DNA of 64,000 bases, taken from the NCBI GenBank assembly GCA_013215565.1, contig JABSQV010000053.1:7775-71774 (forward strand), read 5' to 3'. A model generated the notes under the pieces. The model saw only the letters and a program-made list of their open reading frames with translations. It made no database searches and was not told the DNA's origin. Positions 56,239 through 64,000 of the stretch are shown here, piece by piece; the first letter of the stretch is position 1; each line of letters starts with the position of its first letter. Position numbers and translations under genes: made by a program. The DNA is from Myxococcales bacterium. GTDB taxonomy: Bacteria > Myxococcota_A > UBA9160 > SZUA-336.

Positions 56239-57657
56239 ATGCACCTCGTCGCCGGTACCGCACGTCGGACGTTCACGCCCGGTTCCGGCGTGGAACTCAT
56301 GGGGTATGGGGCTCGCTCCGGCGTCAGCACCGGCATCCACGATCCGCTGTTCGCACGTGCTCTCTTCCTGTCCCCGAACGGGGACCCTGCACTCGGTATC
56401 GTCCTCGCGGCCGCGGATCTTTGCCTCCTGGCCCCGGCGCAGGCACGCGAGGTGCGCGAGCGGATTGCCGTGGAAACGGGTGTGCCTGCCGATCGGACGC
56501 TCATCAGTTGCACCCATACGCACTCGGGTCCGGATACCGGACTGGGAGCGCTGCTGCGCGGGGAGCCGCCGCCGGCCTACGTCGCGGAGATTCTGGAGAG
56601 CATCGTGGCCGCCGCGTCGGAGGCGGCCGGGTCGCCGGAGTCCGCGAGTTTCCGCTGGTGCCGGACCGAGGCTCGGATCGGGGCGAATCGCCGGCTCGCG
56701 CACGGCCCGGTCGACCCGGAAGTCCTGGTGCTGCGGGTCGACCGCGCCAGCGGCGAGCCGCTCGCCCTGCTCTTCAACTACGCGTGCCACGGAACCGTGC
56801 TCGGCCACGACAACCTCGAGATCTCGGCCGACTGGCCCGGCGTCGCGTGCGCGACCATCGAACGGGAGACGGGTGCAAACACGCTGTTTCTGCTCGGCGC
56901 ACACGCCGACATCGACCCGCGCACGCGCGGGCTGATGGACCTGGCCATTGCGGGACAGAGCCGCGGCCTCGGCTTCGATGCCGTGCGTGCGCTCGGGAGC
57001 GAGGTCGCCGAGGCAGTGCTCGGCGCGATCGGGGGAAACGGCGCCGCGCCCCAGGGGGGGCCGATCGCGGCCGCCGCCGCCACGCTGCGCCTCCCGGTCC
57101 AGCTCGGCAGCCTCGCTCCCGACGAGGCACGAAAACTGCTCGACCGCCGAAAGCGCGAACTCGCGGCGGTGCTCGGCGTCGCACCCGAGGCGCTGCCCCG
57201 ACTCTCCGAACTCGACGGCGCCGTGTTTCGCGCGGTGCAGGAACTGCCGGTTTCGGAGGCGCGCGAACGCATCGCGCAGGCGCGCCTCTACGTCCGCGAC
57301 AAGACCGCCCCGTTCTTCGTCGGCGGCGCACGAGCGGTCGAGGTCGAGCTCCAGGTTCTGCGCATCGGGGACTGCGCACTGCTCGGCATCCCCCTGGAGC
57401 CCACGACCGAGGTCGGCATCGACTGGAAGACGCGCGTCCAGCCGCGGCTCGCGTACGCCGCCGTACTCGGCATCGCCAATGGATGGATGCGCTACCTGCC
57501 TCACGCGCGCGATCTCGAACACCCGCTGGCACACCAGCACTACGAGGTGCTCTCGAGCCTTCTCGAGCCGGGCGCCTCGGAACGCATCCTCGACGCGGCC
57601 GAAGTGCTGCTCGCGTCATCGCCGGGCCCGCCGCTTCGAGAAACCGCGTCGCGCTAG
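56239..57657 (+). CDS. neutral/alkaline ceramidase-like hydrolase
   Basis: ATG 56239 follows AGAGGA. N-terminal pattern GVELMGYG....G.HDPLFARAL, CTHTHSGP, FNYACHGTVLG is typical of the neutral ceramidase family (from memory). No signal peptide. Confidence 0.7.
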   Translation: MHLVAGTARRTFTPGSGVELMGYGARSGVSTGIHDPLFARALFLSPNGDPALGIVLAAADLCLLAPAQAREVRERIAVETGVPADRTLISCTHTHSGPDTGLGALLRGEPPPAYVAEILESIVAAASEAAGSPESASFRWCRTEARIGANRRLAHGPVDPEVLVLRVDRASGEPLALLFNYACHGTVLGHDNLEISADWPGVACATIERETGANTLFLLGAHADIDPRTRGLMDLAIAGQSRGLGFDAVRALGSEVAEAVLGAIGGNGAAPQGGPIAAAAATLRLPVQLGSLAPDEARKLLDRRKRELAAVLGVAPEALPRLSELDGAVFRAVQELPVSEARERIAQARLYVRDKTAPFFVGGARAVEVELQVLRIGDCALLGIPLEPTTEVGIDWKTRVQPRLAYAAVLGIANGWMRYLPHARDLEHPLAHQHYEVLSSLLEPGASERILDAAEVLLASSPGPPLRETASR

Positions 57658-58151
57658 CGAAAAGCTCGCTCCGGACCGTCTTCCCAGACCAGCTCGTAGA
57701 AATCGTTCCGGCCGCCGTACATCTGCATGACGAGCGACATGAACATCAGGTTCTGGTCGGGCACCAGACTCAGCGCGCGCCCCAGGTTGAAACCCCGCCA
57801 GGGCTCCTGGAGTGGTACGCAGGCACCGACAGCCGCAACCCGCTCGGGTCTCGTCCACCAGGATCCGGGGCGCGCGATCCGCTCCCAGACGCTGCGCTGC
57901 ACGCCCACCAACTCTTCCCGGACGGGATGCGCTAGGCCGGGTAGGCAAATGTCGGCATCTGCCGATCCTACATCGTAGCCGTGGAATCGACCGATGCAGT
58001 GTACTCTGCCGGAATACGGGTCTGGGGCCGCCACGCGGGGTTCAGGGGCGAGCAGCCGCGGAGCACGGGCCGAAGCGATGCCCGGAAGTGAGAGAAGGAC
58101 ACGCACGCATGCAGGTCCGCGGGCTGCTCCTGGCTCTGGCGTTACTGGCAT
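57654..58151 (-). CDS. hypothetical protein (start very uncertain)
   Basis: The 3' roughly 100 codons show about 84 percent G/C at third positions by hand count and a non-repetitive sequence. The N-terminal limit is unclear and would overlap the divergent asmA-like start. No family recognised. Confidence 0.3.
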   Translation of the reverse strand: MPVTPEPGAARGPACVRVLLSLPGIASARAPRLLAPEPRVAAPDPYSGRVHCIGRFHGYDVGSADADICLPGLAHPVREELVGVQRSVWERIARPGSWWTRPERVAAVGACVPLQEPWRGFNLGRALSLVPDQNLMFMSLVMQMYGGRNDFYELVWEDGPERAFR

Positions 58152-59899
58152 TCCTCGCCTTTGCAGCCGTCTTCGTCGGCACCCGCGAGGTCCCGCTGCT
58201 GCGCCAGTGGGTGACGCAGGCCGCATCCGAAAAGCTCGATCTCGAGGTCGACATCCGGGGGCGCATCGGGCTCGGGCTGCTGCCGCGACCCGGCGTGGTT
58301 GCACGGGACGTCCTGATCAAGCCCCGAGAGGGTGCACGGCAGCCGTTCAGCGCAGTGCTCGACCGGGTCTCGGTCGGACTCGACCCGATCGATTGGCTCC
58401 GGGACCGGGTGCCCAGAATCACGCGCATCACGCTGCGCGGCGTGCGGATCGATGTCGCGGGGAATCCAGGCGAACTCGTAGAATCGTTCTGGCCCGACGC
58501 GTCTTCGGAACCGGCAGAGAAGGCCACGACCTGGGCACTGCCCGGGCTCGCACAGCTGTGGGCGCTGCCGGATCTCAATCTCGCGAATGTCGATCTCCGC
58601 TGGCAGACCGGGTCCGCGGCCCCGCGCCGCGTCCGGATCCGCTGGTCGACCCTCGAGGACTCGAGGCCCCGCAGGCTGCGCGTGAATCTCGAGTTCGAGC
58701 CCGGCACGACGCCGGTTCGCGTGCACGCCGAATTGGCGCGCGCGCCATCCGGTGCCCTGGTACTGGAAGGCCTGCTGGCGCACGCGGGCGCAAGCGACCT
58801 GCATGCGAGGGGCACCCTGTCGGCGGATGCGAACCAGGCCAATGCAACCCGGCTGAAGGCCAGGCTCGAGTCGCAGCGGTTCGACCTCGCCGAACTCCTC
58901 CGGGGGACCACGACGGCATCGGGCAGCGAGTTCCTCGACCGCACGCTTCCGCTAAAACTGCCCTCCGGGCTTCACGCAGACGTCGAACTCGACTTCGAGC
59001 GCGTCGATCTAGCCGCGCTTCCGCTCGAGAAGCTGCGCGCAAAACTCGTAGCAACCGAGGAACGGGTGGACCTCAGCATCGAAGCGGCCACGCTGCTGGA
59101 GGGCCGGGTGCAAGGTTCCGGGTCCATCCGTGCCGCGGCCGGGCCGGCCGGCTTTGAGCTAAAGCTCAGCCTGAGCCAGCTGGAACTATCGAAACTCCCG
59201 CACGATCTCGCTCAGCAGGACGACGGGAAGCTGGATCTAGAACTGAATCTGGAGAGCCAGGGAGGTACGCTCCGGGAGATTCTGAGCGAACTCGAGGGAG
59301 ACGTCCTGTTCGCGATGGGCGCGATCTCGTCTCCGAACGGCCGGATCGGGCTGCTGGGCCGAAGCGTGTTCGCCCTCTACTTCGCGCGCGAGGATTCGGG
59401 CGCCGCTTCCCGGCTCAACTGCGCGGTGTTCCGGTCGAACTTCTCGAAGGGCATCGGCACTACCGAGGGGCTCGTGGACACGGAGAACGCGATTCTCGCG
59501 GTCCACGGCCTGCTGGATCTCAAGGACTTCCAGATCGACGGCATCATCAAACCCGACCCCAAGAAGAAGGGGCTCGCGGGGCTGGGCACGCCGTTCCAGA
59601 TTTCCGGACCGATCATGGACCCAGAGGTGGCGACGGACAAGCTCAGAATTGCGGCCGATACCGGAAAAGTGCTGGCGCTGGGGTTTCTGAACCCCGCACT
59701 GATGATCGCGTCCTTCGTCGACCTGGGGAACGACCGCGATCTATGCGCAGGCAGCCTCGCTTCGAGACTCCGAGAACCCCTCGAGCCCCAAGGCCTCATC
59801 GGACACGCGAAAGGCGGGATCAAGGACCTGCGAGAACGACTGGACCAGCACTTTGGCCTGAAGCCCGCGCCTGCAAACGCGGCAGCGCAGCCCCGCTAG
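58109..59899 (+). CDS. AsmA-family outer-membrane biogenesis protein
   Basis: N-terminal TM (LLLALALLAFLAFAAVFV) followed by a repetitive beta-rich body. C-terminal AsmA-like segment (LNCAVFRSNFSKGIG...FQISGPIMDPEV). Confidence 0.7.
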   Translation: MQVRGLLLALALLAFLAFAAVFVGTREVPLLRQWVTQAASEKLDLEVDIRGRIGLGLLPRPGVVARDVLIKPREGARQPFSAVLDRVSVGLDPIDWLRDRVPRITRITLRGVRIDVAGNPGELVESFWPDASSEPAEKATTWALPGLAQLWALPDLNLANVDLRWQTGSAAPRRVRIRWSTLEDSRPRRLRVNLEFEPGTTPVRVHAELARAPSGALVLEGLLAHAGASDLHARGTLSADANQANATRLKARLESQRFDLAELLRGTTTASGSEFLDRTLPLKLPSGLHADVELDFERVDLAALPLEKLRAKLVATEERVDLSIEAATLLEGRVQGSGSIRAAAGPAGFELKLSLSQLELSKLPHDLAQQDDGKLDLELNLESQGGTLREILSELEGDVLFAMGAISSPNGRIGLLGRSVFALYFAREDSGAASRLNCAVFRSNFSKGIGTTEGLVDTENAILAVHGLLDLKDFQIDGIIKPDPKKKGLAGLGTPFQISGPIMDPEVATDKLRIAADTGKVLALGFLNPALMIASFVDLGNDRDLCAGSLASRLREPLEPQGLIGHAKGGIKDLRERLDQHFGLKPAPANAAAQPR

Positions 59900-60765
59900 T
59901 CGAAACTCCGGGCCAGCGGATCGACGCCACGGTTCAGGAAGCGCGACGAGAAGATCCGATCCTCGATCTCGGGATTCACCACGAGGTCGTAGTAGTGCAC
60001 GCGGGTACTGGTTCCGCGCGCCAGGTTCTCGACCGTGATCTCGGTCGGAAGTACGTGCCCCGCATCTGTGTGCATCGACTCCCGCTCCGCGCGCAGGACC
60101 CGGAAGGGTCGCTCGGCTCCGCGCTTGAAGTAGCGGGTGGCGAGCAGGGCGGAGTCGCTGCGCGCCACCAGAAAGTGCACGTGCGTGTAGTTCCGGGGCT
60201 CGTTCGGAACAGCCAGAATCACCCGAACCGCTTCACCCTGGAAGGTCTCGGAGGCTAGGAACTCGACCCGGTACGCGTCCGCCCTGGGCCGCTCGAGATC
60301 TTCGTAGGTCACGTCGCTTCCCATGAAGGAATCGGCCCGCTGCGCAGTGGTGATTCGGCGCACCCGCCGCTGCGAGGGAAAGTAGATGAACGCGTCCTGG
60401 CCACGCTCCTCGGTGTCGATCGTGAGCACGGTCATGCCCCGCAGGTAGGGAGGCTCGACCAGGCGCCCAATCGAGTGCAGGTGACCCTCGATGTCCTTGC
60501 GCGCGGTCTGAAACACACGCCTGCGCTCGGCGCCCGAGCGGCTTCGCATGACGAGTTCGATTTTGGCGCGCGTGTCGCAGTCGTACAGGTTCGCAAACGC
60601 CTCCTCGAGGACCGCGCGCGCCGAACTCGGCACCACGTCTTCGTCTCCGGGCGGCAACCCAGCCTCGGCAGCGGCCGCACCCGGCATGAGCCCGAAGCCG
60701 AACACCAGCGCCAGAGTGATCGCGCTCTGCGAGAAAGACGGAATCCGGCTCACCCAGTACAGCAT
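59896..60765 (-). CDS. LolA-like outer-membrane lipoprotein-sorting-type protein
   Basis: Signal peptide. The pattern recalled for the LolA-like family (..FIYFPSQRRVRRI....ADSFMGSDVTYEDL..) is assigned from memory. Confidence 0.6.
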   Translation of the reverse strand: MLYWVSRIPSFSQSAITLALVFGFGLMPGAAAAEAGLPPGDEDVVPSSARAVLEEAFANLYDCDTRAKIELVMRSRSGAERRRVFQTARKDIEGHLHSIGRLVEPPYLRGMTVLTIDTEERGQDAFIYFPSQRRVRRITTAQRADSFMGSDVTYEDLERPRADAYRVEFLASETFQGEAVRVILAVPNEPRNYTHVHFLVARSDSALLATRYFKRGAERPFRVLRAERESMHTDAGHVLPTEITVENLARGTSTRVHYYDLVVNPEIEDRIFSSRFLNRGVDPLARSFD

Positions 60766-60774
60766 TACAAAACC

Positions 60775-62010
60775 TTAGTGCGCCCTCTGAATCCGAATGC
60801 CGTTCTTGGACATGATTCGGTAAATCGACTGGCGGCTTCGACCCAAAAGTTCGGCGGTCTGGGCTACGTTCCCGCCGGTATCTCGCAGCGCCGCAATCAC
60901 CTCGTCGCGATCGAGTTGACGCCGCTCCGTTCGAATTCGGTCGACACTCTCCTGATCCTCGAGCACGAGCCGCGCGACGGCGGCGCGCCCGATCGTGCTC
61001 GATGACTCGTAGGCGATGCAGCGCTCCAGAATCCCGGCGAGTTGGGCAACGTTCCCGGGCCACGGCTGAGACGCCAGGAAACGCGTGGTGGCCGCCGAGC
61101 AGCGAACCCGACCTCGTCCCAGCGCCCGTCCGAAACGCGCGCTGATTGCATCTGCGATCGCTGGAATGTCGGCGGCTCGCTCGCGCAGTGGCGGGATCCG
61201 AATCGTAAAGCGCGCGAGCTCCTGCACCAGATCCGGCAAAAAGTCGACTCCCTGGGCCCACTGAGCGAACGGGAGTGCGCTCGAAACCAGCACCCGCAGG
61301 TCTTCGCGGGTGGATGCAAGCATTACCTCTGCGAGAGTCTTCCGGCCCTGCGGCGAGAGTCGTTCGATATTGCGAATGTAGACAGAGCCGGTTCGAGGAA
61401 CCCGCCGGTTCGCCGAGAAGACGGGCGCGTCGTATTCCTTGAACTCGCCGTCGAAGAACGGCCCCAGATCGTGCATCCCCAGCGCCACGGTCCGGCGACC
61501 CGCACCCTCTTCGCCCTCGATCAGTACCGGGACCCGAAGCGGAGCCACCCCGGCAATTCGGTGACGCACCTGATCCATCGCTGCGCTTTCGCCCGCCAGG
61601 CGTTCTCTGAGCTGTTCGATCACGGCCGCCTGCGCAGGGCTGCGGCACATCCTTCGCGCTAGATCGACGATCTCGTCCGCCTCGAGTTTCGCGGACGAAA
61701 CGAACTCGTTAGCTCCCAGCTTGAGTGCGGACACCGCGGTATCAACGGTCCCATAGGCGGTGAATACAATCACGGGGACGTCGGACTCGCTCCGGATGCG
61801 CCCGAGCAGGTCAAGCCCGTCACTGCGCGGCATGGCCATGTCGGTCACGACCAGCGCCGGCTCCTGCTGCTGAAACCGCGTCCACGCGTCGTCGCCGTCG
61901 CAGGCTTCCACGACATCGAAGCCCGCGTCCTCGAGCTCCGCCGCGAGTGCGCGCCGCGCGGCCGCCTGGTCGTCCACGACCAATACGGTGGCGTTCATCC
62001 GGTTCTCCAT
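60775..62010 (-). CDS. response regulator with a degenerate sigma54-activator (AAA+) domain and a Fis-type HTH
   Basis: REC has VLVVDDQ, VVTDMAMPRSDG, FTAYG, KLGANEF. The central domain keeps ESAAM, PPLRER, WPGNVAQL. Walker A reads GEEGAGRRT (no Lys), the Walker B position reads YIRNIE, and the GAFTGA loop region is missing (about 23 aa shorter than NtrC by eye). C-terminal HTH is GNVAQTAELLGRSRQSIYRIM. Confidence 0.85.
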   Translation of the reverse strand: MENRMNATVLVVDDQAAARRALAAELEDAGFDVVEACDGDDAWTRFQQQEPALVVTDMAMPRSDGLDLLGRIRSESDVPVIVFTAYGTVDTAVSALKLGANEFVSSAKLEADEIVDLARRMCRSPAQAAVIEQLRERLAGESAAMDQVRHRIAGVAPLRVPVLIEGEEGAGRRTVALGMHDLGPFFDGEFKEYDAPVFSANRRVPRTGSVYIRNIERLSPQGRKTLAEVMLASTREDLRVLVSSALPFAQWAQGVDFLPDLVQELARFTIRIPPLRERAADIPAIADAISARFGRALGRGRVRCSAATTRFLASQPWPGNVAQLAGILERCIAYESSSTIGRAAVARLVLEDQESVDRIRTERRQLDRDEVIAALRDTGGNVAQTAELLGRSRQSIYRIMSKNGIRIQRAH

Positions 62011-62171
62011 CCGCTGTATGCGGACCTCGAGGTCGCTCTCAATACTAGCTACCAGATCGATCCGCCTAGCGATGGCTCTCGGGCGAAATTGGCCAAAAGT
62101 GTCCGATTGTGTCCGGCGCCGCGCCTAGAACGGCCCATCCGGGCCCCGGGGCTCTGGCGAAGCGGGTCGCG

Positions 62172-62198
62172 GTCGACCGGGCTCTCGACCCGGTCGAC
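62172..62198. promoter_or_regulatory. 10-bp inverted repeat GTCGACCGGG-N7-CCCGGTCGAC
   Basis: Read directly, in the divergent intergenic region. Confidence 0.4.
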
Positions 62199-62282
62199 GC
62201 AGCCTCGCCCAGCCGCCAGACGCACCACCAGATCGCGTCGGACGCGAGCGAACACGCACAGTCATTGATCGCACACCGTGCG

Positions 62283-62310
62283 AACGCATCTGTCTTTTCG
62301 CAGATGCGTT
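62283..62310. promoter_or_regulatory. 10-bp inverted repeat AACGCATCTG-N8-CAGATGCGTT (candidate UAS/operator or hairpin)
   Basis: Read directly. About 40-65 nt upstream of the -24/-12-like element. Confidence 0.4.
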
Positions 62311-62348
62311 TTCGTGCTCGAAGCTACCCGAGCCACGGGCTGACCCCG

Positions 62349-62364
62349 CGGTACGGTGCTTGCT
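62349..62364 (+). promoter_or_regulatory. candidate sigma54 (-24/-12) promoter cGGTACG-gtgc-TTGCT
   Basis: GG (62350-51) and GC (62362-63) have the canonical spacing of TGGCACG-N4-TTGCW. About 46 nt upstream of ATG 62410. GGAGG lies 6 nt before that ATG. Confidence 0.4.
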
Positions 62365-62409
62365 CCACAACGCTGACTCGACCTCACAGGAGTGACCCGG
62401 AGGACATTC

Positions 62410-64000
62410 ATGTCTGGCTCTCGGCCGATGCATTCGCCGGCTTCGTTCGTTTCGATTCTCACGACCGCGTTACTGGTATTCGGCCTACCGGAGCCGGCGC
62501 ACGGTCAGGAGTCCGGCTCCGAAGAGGGGGGCGCGAGCGTGGGCGCGAGCGTGCGCGCGAGCGCACTCGGAAGCGGGTCGGCGGGTAGTTCCCGCGGGCC
62601 CTGGGTGCGCGACGCGTTTGGAACGCCGAACCTCAGAATCGGGATCGTGGTCCCGCCCGGAACAGCCGGACACACACCCGAAGTCACGCTGGTCTACGCG
62701 AACGGATCCGCGCACGGAAGTGCCGGATGGGTCGGATTCGGCTGGAATGTTCAGGGCGCGAGCGCAATCGCGCGCGACCGCAGATTCGGGGTCCCCTACG
62801 ACTACGCCAGCAGCGGCTGCGGGGCGCTCGGCTACTGCTATCACGACCGCTACGCGCTCGACGCAGAGGACCTGATCGACGCGGACGGGAGCCCGTGGAC
62901 CGCGCGCTTCAAGCTGCAGCGCGACGACGGCTCGCAAATCGACTTCCTGGGCGACTCCTCGGGCTGGGAGATCCGCGACCGGGCCGGCCGGCTGCTGCGC
63001 TTCGGAGCGGTCGGCGCGGGCTCGCGCATCGACAACCCCAGGAACGGGGAGGTCTACGCCTGGCTGCTCAACGAAGTTCGCGACGCCCACGGAAACTGGG
63101 TCCGCTACGAATACGACCATCCTGCGGGCACGGGCGTGGCCTACCTCGCGCGCATTGTCTACGGACACGAGCAGGACCCGACCGGCAGCCGTGAAATCCG
63201 CTTCGTGCGCGAAGTACGGCCCGACCGCGGGCTCGACTACGGGGCCGGGTTCAAACAAGAGCTGAGCGAACGTCTGCGCACGATCGAGGTGCGGGCCGAC
63301 GGCGCGCTCGTGACGCGCTACGAACTCACCTACACCCAGAGCCCGACTTCGGGCCGCAGCCTGCTCGCAAGTGTCGAGCAGAGCGGGAGCCGAGGCGAAC
63401 AGCGGCTCCGGAACCGCTTCGAATACCGGAACCCGCCGGTCGGCTTCGACCCGGACGACGTCGTCAATTCCTTCGATGAACTCTTCGACTCGTCTCAGGC
63501 CGACGATCCCAACCAGCCCACGAGATCGAATCCCTACTCCCATTTTAATTCGCCCTACACTTACAGTCACGTCCTCCGGCGTGCCGGAGATTTCAATGGC
63601 GACGGTCTGATCGATCTCTACGCTCTGGGCTTGCTCTTCCCAGGAACCGGAAGCCGCTTTCGACCGAGTGTGCAGTGGCACCCGAACCTGACGATCGTCT
63701 CGGAGCGAGAGGGCGATTCCCCTTACCTGGAAACCTCCGAGGGGCAACAAGTCATCAAGACGATTGCCGACATGAACGGAGACGGGTACCCGGACGAGGT
63801 CGTCAGGACACGCTCCGGCTGGAGTCTGCCTTCGGCTGAACCCTTCGGTCTGCGCGTGCGACTCGGCGGGCCCTACGGCTTCGCGGACGAACAGATCACG
63901 TGGCAGAGCGTGTACTTTTCTGCCGAGGAGGGCGGGAATCTGAGCGCTTTCCCCGGGACGTCCTGGACCCAGGGGGGGGTCACGGGGGAACGAGGCCGCG
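62410..64000 (+). CDS. SpvB/TcdB-N-terminal-domain protein with FG-GAP/VCBS-like repeats (Tc-toxin B / Rhs-type), 3' end outside the window
   Basis: Not in the ORF track (no stop in the window). Hand translation from ATG 62410 stays open to the window end. Signal peptide ...LLVFGLPEPAHGQE. SpvB-type core IVVPPGTAGHTPEVTLVYANGS..GWVGFGWNVQGASAIAR. Also EVYAWLLNEVRDAHGNWVRYEYD, AYLARIVYG, GDFNGDGLIDL, ADMNGDGYPDEV. Confidence 0.85.
   Translation, partial: MSGSRPMHSPASFVSILTTALLVFGLPEPAHGQESGSEEGGASVGASVRASALGSGSAGSSRGPWVRDAFGTPNLRIGIVVPPGTAGHTPEVTLVYANGSAHGSAGWVGFGWNVQGASAIARDRRFGVPYDYASSGCGALGYCYHDRYALDAEDLIDADGSPWTARFKLQRDDGSQIDFLGDSSGWEIRDRAGRLLRFGAVGAGSRIDNPRNGEVYAWLLNEVRDAHGNWVRYEYDHPAGTGVAYLARIVYGHEQDPTGSREIRFVREVRPDRGLDYGAGFKQELSERLRTIEVRADGALVTRYELTYTQSPTSGRSLLASVEQSGSRGEQRLRNRFEYRNPPVGFDPDDVVNSFDELFDSSQADDPNQPTRSNPYSHFNSPYTYSHVLRRAGDFNGDGLIDLYALGLLFPGTGSRFRPSVQWHPNLTIVSEREGDSPYLETSEGQQVIKTIADMNGDGYPDEVVRTRSGWSLPSAEPFGLRVRLGGPYGFADEQITWQSVYFSAEEGGNLSAFPGTSWTQGGVTGERGR

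Noticed and set aside
54628-57540. 970-aa ORF extending the M23 peptidase
   Set aside because: M23-type sequence starts at ATG 56097. The upstream part is antisense to the ceramidase-like gene.
62485-63750. 421-aa minus-strand ORF in the track
   Set aside because: It is antisense to the plus-strand frame, which encodes clear SpvB/FG-GAP motifs. Its own translation has no recognisable features.

Overview
GC-rich (about two-thirds G+C by eye, not computed), densely coding bacterial chromosomal segment with about 60 protein genes and one tRNA. Most of it is housekeeping. The main blocks are: proA-nadD-rsfS-gpmI-comF; grxC-trxB followed 3 nt later by a GH35 beta-galactosidase; greA; nadA; tRNA-Pro(CGG); the macromolecular-synthesis operon rpsU-dnaG-rpoD; a long co-directional array rpmE / prfA-prmC-murA-hisD-hisB-hisH-(lipoprotein)-hisA-hisF; rluD-pgeF; selA; rng; lon; gshA. 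There is also a scatter of envelope and lipid genes: acyl-CoA synthetase, DUF1329-like, PlsC-type acyltransferase, neutral-ceramidase-like, AsmA-like, LolA-like, M23 peptidase, BON protein. I saw no CRISPR array, transposase, integrase, prophage, reverse transcriptase or recognisable defence or toxin-antitoxin genes, and nothing suggests an island next to the tRNA. There is no unmistakable novel system. The best candidates for uncharacterised biology are: (1) a translationally coupled HNH / MinD-ParA-type ATPase / HPD-less J-domain + RodZ-like HTH / 89-aa module fused upstream of rluD-pgeF; (2) an orphan ParA-type ATPase / PlsC-type acyltransferase / motif-less SDR-fold operon; (3) a response regulator with a gutted sigma54-activator domain, divergent from a signal-peptide-bearing SpvB/Tc-toxin-like gene that has a good -24/-12 element and two palindromes upstream. 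Smaller oddities: rpsU is absent from the ORF track and apparently starts at CTG; a 456-nt structured non-coding region lies upstream of rpsU; an S8 subtilase homologue has Ser-to-Ala at the catalytic position; a PAS-DHp-REC protein lacks an ATPase domain; a lipoprotein gene is wedged inside the his operon; an in-frame 18-bp tandem repeat sits in rpoD. The very long Arg/Pro/Gly-rich ORFs in the track are GC-driven shadow frames. Taxonomy (Myxococcota / Binatota / other GC-rich delta-like lineage) is only a guess from gene content and composition.
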